Positions 18,725 through 28,700 of a stretch of 32,000 bases of DNA are shown here, one piece after another. Position 1 is the first letter of the stretch; the number at the start of each line of letters is the position of its first letter. The notes beneath the pieces are model-generated. The model made no database searches, was not told where the DNA came from, and saw only the letters and a program-made list of their open reading frames with translations. Made by a program: the position numbers and the translations under genes. The DNA comes from Bacteroidales bacterium (GTDB lineage Bacteria; Bacteroidota; Bacteroidia; Bacteroidales; FEN-979): the NCBI GenBank assembly GCA_038244085.1, contig JBBRTX010000004.1, forward strand, positions 163,179 to 195,178. Reading direction: 5' to 3'.

Positions 18725-20602
18725 ATGCAAAAAAAGTTGTTATTGGTCGATGATGATTCTTACTTGTCAGGTGTGCTTAAGCGTTCACTTGAAAAGGAAG
18801 GTTTTGTTGTTGAATTGGCCGCTTCCGGTGAAGAAGCAATGAAAGTCCTCACTGAAACCCGGATAAACCTTATTTTAATGGATATTGAACTGGGGTCAGG
18901 GATGGATGGCATTGAATCGGCCAGGAAGATCCTGAGCAAAGAAATAATACCGGTTATTTTCCTTTCTTCCCATACCGAACGACGTTATGTTGATAAGGCA
19001 GGTGAGGTTTCTTCGTATGGGTATGTAGTAAAAGACAGTGGTATACCGGTTTTGATTGCTTCCATCCGAATGGCATTTCGTTTACATGAAGCCTATTGTG
19101 AACTAAAAGTAAAAGAAGAAGAGGTCAGGGAAAAGGAACGGATTCTTGCCGAATCGCAGAAAATCGCCAGACTGGGCAGTTTTACGCTTAACATGCGAAC
19201 CGGAATTTGGAAAAGTTCGGTTGTGCTGAATGAAATTTTTGGAATTGATCAGGATTTTCAGCGGACCATCGATGGCTGGCTGGCCATTATCCCTGAAGAT
19301 TCCAGACAAGGCGTACATGGGGATTTTTATAATTGTGTTAAAAACAAGTCACGATTTGACCGGGAATACAGAATCATCCGGCCGAAAGACGGAAAAGAAA
19401 GGTGTGTACATTCATTGGGTGCCTTTGACCAGGCTGACGGTAATATGATGATCGGAACTGTTCTGGATATAACCGAAAGAAAAAGAGCGGAAAAAGCAAT
19501 CAGCGAAAGCGAAACAAAATACAGAACCCTTTTGAATGCTTCACCGGAGGGGATCATTGTCATGGATCTAAAGGGTAAGATCACAGATGTATCTACCATT
19601 GCGCTTGAGTTATTCGAGAAGAAGAATTTTAGTGAGCTGACAGGGAAAACACTGTATGATCTCGTTGATGGCGAAGAGGTTAAGCGGTTAAAGGATATAC
19701 TAAAGACAACGCTTGCGGAAGGGCTTATTCAGAATGTTGAAATAATGCTGAATCGGAATGTCGCCTCAAAATTCCCGGCTGAGATCAGTACAACCCTTAT
19801 CCAGGAGAGCGATGGGAAACCCAGGGCTTTCATGGCGATCATCCGGGATATCTCCGAACGAAAGAAAATGGAGCAACAGATGATCCACTCCGAAAGGATG
19901 ATCAGCCTGGGCGAAATGGCTGCAGGGATTGCACATGAGATCAATCAGCCCCTGAATAATATTTCCTTATCGCTGGAAAACATACTGTTTAATTTAAACA
20001 CGGGCGAGGAGATCAATAAAAAGTATCTTCAGTCCAAATCAAAAAACATCTTCGACGGAATCACACGAATCGAGAACATCATTGACTACATAAGGGCCTA
20101 TTCCAGGCGGCAGGATGATTTCATTTCAGCTCCCTTCGATCTGAATGCAAGTATCCGGTTTGCCGTGATGCTGGTTTCCGAGCAACTCGGAAATAAAGGC
20201 ATTGAGCTGGAAATGGATCTGTATCCCGAGCCAATCATCATTGCCGGAAACACCTTCAAATTTGAACAGGTGATCCTTAATCTCATGGTTAACGCAAAGG
20301 ATGCCATCGAAGAAAGAGCTAAAACGGCAAAACCATCATTCGGGAAGTATATCAGGGTAAGATCATGGCAGAAAGATCAATATTTCCTGACCCAGATCAG
20401 CGATTCAGGGGTAGGCATTAAACCAGAAGATATGGATAAGATCATGCTTCCTTTTTATACCACCAAGGAGTTGGGGAAAGGGACCGGGCTGGGGTTACCG
20501 CTTTCCTACAAAATTATCAATGAGATGAAGGGGGAAATACATATTGAAAGCAAGGTTATGGAAGGTACAACCATAAAGATTAAAATACCCATAAATTGTT
20601 AG
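18725..20602 (+). CDS. N-terminal REC domain, two PAS domains, HisKA and HATPase histidine kinase
   Basis: MQKKLLLVDDDSYLSGVLKRSLEKEG...LILMDIELG; PAS motifs ending VLDITERKRAE and IIRDISERKKME; SLGEMAAGIAHEINQPLNNI (H-box); NLMVNAKDAIEE (N-box); GTGLGLPLSYKII. Confidence 0.92.
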   Translation: MQKKLLLVDDDSYLSGVLKRSLEKEGFVVELAASGEEAMKVLTETRINLILMDIELGSGMDGIESARKILSKEIIPVIFLSSHTERRYVDKAGEVSSYGYVVKDSGIPVLIASIRMAFRLHEAYCELKVKEEEVREKERILAESQKIARLGSFTLNMRTGIWKSSVVLNEIFGIDQDFQRTIDGWLAIIPEDSRQGVHGDFYNCVKNKSRFDREYRIIRPKDGKERCVHSLGAFDQADGNMMIGTVLDITERKRAEKAISESETKYRTLLNASPEGIIVMDLKGKITDVSTIALELFEKKNFSELTGKTLYDLVDGEEVKRLKDILKTTLAEGLIQNVEIMLNRNVASKFPAEISTTLIQESDGKPRAFMAIIRDISERKKMEQQMIHSERMISLGEMAAGIAHEINQPLNNISLSLENILFNLNTGEEINKKYLQSKSKNIFDGITRIENIIDYIRAYSRRQDDFISAPFDLNASIRFAVMLVSEQLGNKGIELEMDLYPEPIIIAGNTFKFEQVILNLMVNAKDAIEERAKTAKPSFGKYIRVRSWQKDQYFLTQISDSGVGIKPEDMDKIMLPFYTTKELGKGTGLGLPLSYKIINEMKGEIHIESKVMEGTTIKIKIPINC

Positions 20603-20619
20603 GACTTAAAGCAAAAACC

Positions 20620-22038
20620 ATGAATATCAATGGAGGAAACCCTCAGTCGGGCAGAGATAAACTGTCTGTGCTGATTCTGGATGATGAAAAGATTTTTACA
20701 TCAGAACTTCGCGAATTTCTTGAAAAGAAAGGATTTACAGCGGTTGAGGCCAACCTTCCGGACGAAGGGCTGAAGATCCTGAAAAAAGAGACGACGGATC
20801 TGCTGATCCTGGATGTAAGGTTGCCAGGGATCAGCGGGCTCGATATCCTGAAAGAGGTAAAAAAAGAATACACGGACCTTGAAGTCATCATTGTATCTGC
20901 CCATGGTGATATGGATACGGTCATCAAGGCGATGCAGGCCGGGGCGATCGATTATCTCCGGAAGCCATTTCGCCATCTTGATATCCAGATGGCCATCGAG
21001 CGTACACAGAAATATCTTCTGCTTCAGCGGAAGCTGAAGAATGCGGAAGAACGTTCGTCCCTGATCTCAAAGAACCTGGTGGACCAGATCGATCGTGAGT
21101 TTATCGGCGTAAGCCGGAAAATCCTGGATGTGCTGGAACTTGCCATGACCACGGCCCGGTTTCCCGATACCAATGTACTAATTACCGGTGAAAGTGGAAC
21201 CGGGAAGGAGAACATCGCACGGATCATCCATTATTCAAGTGCAAGAAAAGATCATCTCCTTTGGGCGGTCAACAGCAGTGCAATCACTGATTCACTGCTG
21301 GAAAGTGAGTTCTTCGGACATAAAAAAGGCTCCTTTACCGGTGCCATCAATGACAAAAAAGGTTTTTTCGAGATTTGTGACAAGGGGACGCTGTTTATGG
21401 ATGAGATTGCCGATATGCCGGCAAATCTTCAGGCGAAGGTTTTACGGGCCATTGAGGAAAAACAGATTACCAGGGTAGGGGATACCCACCCTGTAAAGAC
21501 TGATTTCCGTATTATTTCGGCCACCAATCATAACCTGGATGAACTGGTAATCAGCGGGAGATTCAGGCTTGATCTGATTCACCGACTGAATACAATTCAC
21601 ATTCATATTCCGTCGCTCAGGGAACGACCCGATGATATCGAGCCACTCCTGAATCACTTCATCAAGTACTTTTCTGTTCGTTTTAATAAGCTATTACCTG
21701 AAATTGACCGGAATATCATCAAGGTTCTTGAAAAATATGAGTTCCCGGGAAATATCAGGGAACTGAAAAATATGGCGGAAAGAGCCGTCATTCTCTGTAA
21801 GAACAATAAACTGACGTTGGCAGATTTCCCGGTTAAAGAGGAAAATCATTTATCGGTAGCGGTGGAAGGCCAGCCCGCTGCTTCCCTCGATCAAAACGAG
21901 AAGGAGTTTATCCTGCAGATGCTCGAAAAGCACAATTACCACCAGATTGATACTGCCGAAGCGCTCTCTGTCACTCGCCAGACTCTCATCCGAAAGATGA
22001 AGAAGTTTGACATCACGATCCGGAAAAAAGCAGAATAA
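20620..22038 (+). CDS. NtrC-family sigma-54-dependent response regulator (REC-AAA-Fis)
   Basis: LSVLILDDEKIF...LLILDVRLPGISGLD; GESGTGKENIARIIH (Walker A); GSFTGA loop; GTLFMDEIADMP (Walker B); Fis-like C-terminal HTH HNYHQIDTAEALSVTRQTLIRKMKK. The ATG at 20620 is preferred over the TTG at 20596. Confidence 0.92.
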   Translation: MNINGGNPQSGRDKLSVLILDDEKIFTSELREFLEKKGFTAVEANLPDEGLKILKKETTDLLILDVRLPGISGLDILKEVKKEYTDLEVIIVSAHGDMDTVIKAMQAGAIDYLRKPFRHLDIQMAIERTQKYLLLQRKLKNAEERSSLISKNLVDQIDREFIGVSRKILDVLELAMTTARFPDTNVLITGESGTGKENIARIIHYSSARKDHLLWAVNSSAITDSLLESEFFGHKKGSFTGAINDKKGFFEICDKGTLFMDEIADMPANLQAKVLRAIEEKQITRVGDTHPVKTDFRIISATNHNLDELVISGRFRLDLIHRLNTIHIHIPSLRERPDDIEPLLNHFIKYFSVRFNKLLPEIDRNIIKVLEKYEFPGNIRELKNMAERAVILCKNNKLTLADFPVKEENHLSVAVEGQPAASLDQNEKEFILQMLEKHNYHQIDTAEALSVTRQTLIRKMKKFDITIRKKAE

Positions 22039-22060
22039 TTCGAATCAAAAGCGGACATAA

Positions 22061-22078
22061 GTACGTTCAATTCCGTAC
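22061..22078. promoter_or_regulatory. inverted repeat GTACG-N8-CGTAC upstream of small ORF
   Basis: GTACG(22061-22065) ttcaattc CGTAC(22074-22078). Confidence 0.3.
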
Positions 22079-22157
22079 AACCTACCCTAACAGGGAATTT
22101 TGTCATTCATTCAAGTGTCTGTTGATCAGTATTTTGTGATACAATGTTGACGTTGGT

Positions 22158-22406
22158 ATGCCTTTTGAGTTAGGGAAGGCCATGCATGAATCCATTCCAC
22201 CGGGAAATCCGGAAGATGAAGCCGGTCTGCGGCTCGATGAGCAGATCCTTGAATACATCAAACAACACCAGGAAGGCGTTCGGATTACCACCATGGAGCA
22301 GAAGTTCAGGGAAAGCCGTATGCGCATCGGGTTTATCACAAAAAGGCTTTTAAATGAAGGCAAAATCCTGAGAATCCAGGACGATTTTTATCCCCCCGAA
22401 GATTAA
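22158..22406 (+). CDS. small winged-helix-like putative DNA-binding protein (hypothetical)
   Basis: 82-aa ORF: LDEQILEYIKQHQEGVRITTMEQKFRESRMRIGFITKRLLNEGKILRIQDDFYP, which reads like a small wHTH with a wing. It sits between two annotated-style genes on the same strand, with no competing ORF of comparable quality. Confidence 0.6.
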   Translation: MPFELGKAMHESIPPGNPEDEAGLRLDEQILEYIKQHQEGVRITTMEQKFRESRMRIGFITKRLLNEGKILRIQDDFYPPED

Positions 22407-22437
22407 TAATTTCCCAATCGTTTCTGTTACATTTTTT

Positions 22438-22451
22438 CGTACAAAAGTACG
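22438..22451. promoter_or_regulatory. palindromic element CGTAC-AAAA-GTACG
   Basis: Perfect 5-bp inverted repeat with a 4-nt spacer in the long leader region of the giant gene. Confidence 0.35.
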
Positions 22452-22537
22452 GTATTGTTACGTTTTTTTCTCCCCATATTTTCATTCTCATATATGTAAC
22501 AACAAGCAGATCAGTCTGTAACAAACTTGTTTTGTTC

Positions 22538-22554
22538 TTGGCTCATGTTTTGAA
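22538..22554 (+). promoter_or_regulatory. weak sigma-54 (-24/-12) promoter candidate
   Basis: TTGGCTCATGTTTTGAA compared with YTGGCACGRNNNTTGCW: the -24 GG and spacing are right, but the -12 reads GA instead of GC. Confidence 0.2.
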
Positions 22555-22714
22555 TAGGATAGAAGCATGGGGATTTATATTTTCAGATAATACTTCGGAT
22601 CCATGATGATTTTTTTCCGACGGAGGAATAAGGGAATCACCTATGATGAAAATCATTGAATAAGATATAAAGATTTAAGAATCAATAATAACCAATTTAA
22701 ACCAAAAAACCAGA

Positions 22715-25700
22715 ATGATGAAACAGCTATTTACCCTGCTCATTGCATTATTTACATTATGCAGTGTTGCCTTTTCGGCGAATTATCATGTTACATTGTA
22801 CAGCGCCGATGCTACACCTGTTGGAGGAATTGCGACATCCTCACCATCCCCCCAAATCCTTGGAACAGGATCATGGCAAAATAACCAAGCCGCCAGTAAA
22901 ATGGAGTTATATCTTCCATTAACGGCATTAGGTTCATTTACTATTGATGACATTGTCAGCCTAAAGTTTTCAACCCAAAAGACGACACCAATCCCGGCAT
23001 CACCAGACCTTGATTTTTTCTGGAGTATCTATACTATGCCCTACACTGGTGGATTTGCAACATGGTATGGACAAAAACTTACTTCAGAACCCATGTATTA
23101 CAACGGGTACGTTTCACTCTATAATGCATGGTCAACATACCAGACAGGTGGAACCTCAAACCAGATGACCTTTTTTGATTCAAATCACTCGCCAATTGGG
23201 TATAACAATGCACCCACTCTTGTTGATATTCAGGCTGGTCTTGTAAATTTTAATTATACAGCTCCTTATTGGACTTCAGGTACCGGTATTGATTATGGCG
23301 CTCAAACTGTAAAATATATTTCTATTGCTACTGGAGGTGCATGGAATAGTGCTATGTTATCATATCTTGATAACATTATTATTACCCTGACTAACGGAAA
23401 TACACTTACTATTGATTTAGAAAATGGTTATCCTAATCCGATCACTACCATTCAAGCACCGATTTCTCTTTCCTGTGGCACCTATGATGTACCTGTAACG
23501 GTTAAGGATTTTTCAGCAATTGGCGCAATCTCTCTTAATTTGAATTATGATCCTTTGGTTTTTGACTACCAGGGAGTTACGCTTAATCCGGCCATTGCCA
23601 CTGCGACCTATCAAAATCTTTCTGGAGTTTTCACACTTGGTCAATTCATATCACCTGAACCTGTGACCCTTCCTGACAATGCTGTTTTATTTACCTTGCA
23701 TTTGAATTTGAAACCCGCTATTTCCGGGGCAGCTACTAATTTCACCTGGAGTACGGTTTCCGGACAATGCGAATACGCAGGTCCTGGCGGAACACCAACA
23801 TATGTCAGCAGTTTCGTTGACCGTTCATGGCCAATTCCTGTAAGGCCTGTTAAAAATACAGATACAGGATTGGAATATTGTACGATCCAGGCGGCGATTG
23901 ATGCAGCTTCAGCAGGCAATACTATTACAGTGGCTGCGGGGACTTATGCTGAAAATCTAACAATTAATAAATCTTTAATTATTCTCGGGCCAAATGCAGC
24001 CAGCGATGGTTGTGGCTCACGCATAGCTGAAGCAATCATCGTTCCTGCTACGAATAGTCCGGCAGACTGGAGTTCACAGTTAGTATTATTAACTGCCAGT
24101 AATATTACTATCAAGGGGTTGACATTTGATGGAGACAACCCACTACTTAATGGTGCTGGAGACTATAATGTTAGCCAAGGAATTGTTGGTTCCACGGGAC
24201 AAGCTAATATCGTGATTGAGAATAACATTCTTAAAAATATGACTTCAGCAGCTGTGTATTTATGTGACGATGCAACGACCTCAAGTACAAGTGGCAATAT
24301 TATCAATAAAAATAAAATTGATAATATAAGCCCTACTGCAGGTTTTGGTATTGGAGTTTATACAGGCAACAACACTTATGTTGACATTACCAATAACTGT
24401 ATGACCAATGTCCGCAAAGGGATTCAGGGTGGTGAAAACAACCATAAAGCCAATGCCGGTAATATTAGCCCTGTATGGTCAGGCAACACAATTCAGTCGT
24501 ACAAAATTGGCATCTGGAATAATTTAGCTTATAGTTTAGCTACTCCGGTTACCATTACTGGTAATACCGTAACGACTGTTTCTGGTTCAACTATCAATAG
24601 TGGTATTGAAATTAGTTCAATACAAGGAACAAGTTCTGTAAATGTTTACGGCAATACGGTAACCGGTGCAATGGCAGGGATAAACCTTTGGAGCAATACT
24701 ACAACTGGTCCTTTAGCCATAGGAGCTAATACTTTTATAGATTGCAGCTATGGCGTATTTGCCAATAACTATGATGGATATAGTTCAAATGCCAATTCAA
24801 GTTCTTACATTATTAATGGAGGAACCATTACCAATCCATTATTGGCAGCAGTTTATGTAAAAGATAATTTACTTAATAGCAACGGTGCAACTGTAGCTGT
24901 TAATATTGCCGGAACAAGTATCTCAGGAACGGCAAGCGGTATGAAAGCTTTCCTGGTTGAAGGCGGCAGTGCATCTTTAAGTTTTTCAGGCGCTCAACCA
25001 CAAGCTACTATTGTAGGAGCACCCAAATATATTGTACTTCAGAGTAACACTTTAGATGTTCCAGCAGGAAATATCGATGCAACGCTGGTAATGCTGGATA
25101 CAAAGTACGGTTCGACAATGGATCTTCCGACGCTGTTTGCAGCGGAAGATAGAATCGATCATAAAATCGATAATGCTGCTCTTGGGTTTGTAACAGTAAA
25201 AGCCAATAACGATTATGTAACTGTAAATAGTTTTGTGGCGCCCAATACTACTCCGCTTATTCAGCGCGGTATTGATGTAGCTTCGACAGGTTGGACAGTG
25301 AATGTGGCTGAAGGAACTTACAATAAAGTTGTTAATATAAACAAGGCCAATTTAACTTTAAAAGGCATTGGCCCTAACAAACCATTAATTATTCCTGATG
25401 GTACAGATGCTCCACAAACAGATGGCCGTAGGGTTGGTATTTATATAAATGAGGTTGATGGTGTAACTATCGACAATTTTGAAGTTGATGGTACCAATAG
25501 CACAATCCTTCAGTACGGTATCTACGGTTTTAATACCTATTCAACTACAGTAAAGAATTGTAAAGTTCATGATATTGGTGCTATTGACAATTCAACAGGA
25601 ATTGGAATTTTGTATTTTGGTTATGATCATGATATAAAAAATGCGATAATTGATGATAATATTGTGTATAATACCGGAAGACAGGGTATTATAGTCAATG

Positions 25701-28700
25701 CAATGAATGAAACCCCATTTAATTGGTTATTAAATGATAATAATAAAATACGTAATAATACAGTTCATGACTGTTGGAAAACTGGTAATAATGGTGCTTC
25801 AGTCCAGATAATTGGGGCTTTAAATTCGGAAATTTCTGGCAACACTGTTTATAATACATTCAATCGTAACATGACTTATGGTATCTCTATCATGGGATCA
25901 GCCGGAATTAACAATTCTATTACCGGTAATATCTTGTATAATAATGATAGGGCCATTTTTATTGAATCAATTTACAATTCAGTTTTATGGGGAAGCAATG
26001 CAGCAGCTTCGCCAAGGATCGTATCCAACAGTATTATTGGTTCAATTTATAACCTAAATAATGCAAATAATTTACTTTTGGATGCTTCCTGCAACTGGTG
26101 GGGAACAAATACGGTTAGCGGCGTTTCGTCGCTGATATCTGGTCTGGTTAATTACACTCCCTGGCTGATTGATGGCACCGATATGGGTAATCCTGGTTTC
26201 GTACCCGGTGGTTCATGCTCAGGTGCAACCGACCTCTTTGTGAACGATGGTACCCTCAATGTCAATGACATATATACTACAGCTATAGGTAACGATGCCA
26301 ATCCGGGAACACATTCAGCTCCATTTTTAACTATTGGTAAAGCTGTTTCAACAGCCGTTGCCGGAACCAAAATATGGGTGGATGCAGGAACTTTCCAGGA
26401 ACAGATTTCTGTTGGTAAGACTGTAGATATTACTGGTGTGGACAGGACGAAAACGATTGTGAAAGCACCTACAACTTTATTCGGATTTATAAATGCCAAC
26501 GGCACTTCTTATGCAATTATTTATGCCAATGGTAATACAAATACCATCAATATTGATAAAATCCTTGTTGATGGTGACAATGGAAGGCCAGATGCTACCT
26601 TTACAGGAGTTCATTATTTTGCTGCAAATGGAGCATTCACAAATTCCAGAATTACAGCAATCAGGAATAATCCTTTCAGCGGAGTCCAGGGAGGGACAGC
26701 TTTCACTGCCAATCATCAATGGGATATTTCAGTTCTCCAAACGGTAACAGTTGATAATAACATCATTGACGATTACCAGAAGGCCGGCATAGTGATTAAT
26801 GAACTCAACACTCAGGGTATTATTACTAACAATACGGTAACTGGTCAGAATATTCCTTTGGTAACTGGTCAGAACGGGATTCAGCTCGCATATGGTGCAT
26901 ATGGAACCATTACCGGTAACATTGTTACAAACAACATCTGGAATAAGGTTGAGCATCCGCATGTGTGGACTGCTTCAGGGATTTTACTCGTAGGTGTAGG
27001 CATAGATTATCATAATGCTGCCACAGGCAAACTGACAGTTGTTGACGGAAATAATCTTAATGGAAATGAGGTCGGGCTTTTTGTTGCAGGAGATAATACA
27101 TTCGGTTATACTTCAAATGCAGGTTTAACTATTAATCCAAATACATTTAGCAATAACAAGATTCATGTTTCAATGAATAGTCCTTCAATTGTTCCTTCTG
27201 CTCCCGTTAGCTACGATAAACGTGTTGATAATCCTGATCAAACCAATATTGTATTTGGTTGCATCCAGTATGCGATTGATGAAGCAAGCACGGGAAACAC
27301 CCTGAATGCCAGTGCAGGAACATTCATTGAGAATGTTAACGTTCATACTGCGGTTAGCATCCTTGGCCCGAATGCGGCCATTAACCCGAACACAGGTGCT
27401 CGTGGACCTGAAGCCTATGTAAAACCTGCAGCCACTGATGTAAGCAACGGAATCGTTTTTATCGTCCAGAAGAGTAATACCATCATTAAGGGATTTACTA
27501 TTGATGGCGACAATCCTGGCCTTTCGGGCGGAACCAACGTATTTGGTATTGACGTCAATGCAAGGGGAGGTATCTGCAATGGTTTGTTTAACGGACCTTA
27601 CAGCCAGGTGGATAATCTACGGTTTGAGAACAATATTTTCAAGGATTTTATTTCTGATGGAATTTATATCGAAAATTCCTTCGGTGCCAACTATTCCTGG
27701 AATTACCTTGTGAACAATCAGTTTGATAAAATGCGGGAAGGGGTTCAAACCTATGCTCTTCATGCTGACATTTCCGGTAACTTCATGACCCATGTCAACC
27801 GTGGTATCAGTATTCACGGTACTAATACTGCCTGCGATGATGGATTTGTTCCTAAAATCAATAACAATGATATTACATTGTCCTGGCAGTGGGTTCATCC
27901 GTCATTATCTGGAAACAGGGCGATCGGGATCTGGGTGAATTATCGCCGACAAAATGCTGCTGATCTGATTGTAAACACTAATATAATACGCTTTCCCGAA
28001 GCAATATCGGGAGGTATTTCAGCCTGGGGTATTTATTCAATAACCATGGATGATAATCGTAAGGTTACTTATACCGGTAATTCCGTAATTGGTGCTGGTA
28101 ATTGTAATATTGGTTATTATACCTCGGCGGTTTCCAGTCCAAATGTAAAGGTTACCGGCGGTTCACTTTCGGGTATTAAAGATTACGGAGTACTTGCAAC
28201 TACGAATGACCCAGTCTGGGGTGCAGGTGATGCAAGTGTTACGCTTGACAATGTCAACATCAGCGTTGCAGCCGGTGGAATTGGTGTAAAAGCCTATATG
28301 GATCCTGCCGCTTCTTCAAATGTTGCCGTCGTAAATGTAACCAACAATTGTGATATCACTGGTGGAACTACCGGTATCCTTGCCGAAGGAGTCCATGCTT
28401 CAGTATCAGTAACTAACAATGTCACGACCATTACGGGTAACCAGGTTGGTATTCTTATCAAAAATGGAGGTAACCTTCTTTCCTGTAATAATAACACGAT
28501 AACCAATAATACAGTTGGTGGGATTATCATTGAATCCACCGCAGGTACCATTGGCATTATAAGCGATAATACGATCAGCGGGAATGGCCCTGCTCCTCAC
28601 GGACTGGGTGTCAGCAATGCAAAGTCTTCTTCTGTAAACGCTATAAACAACTGGTGGGGTGATGCCACAGGTCCCTATAATGACCCGAACAATACCTGCG

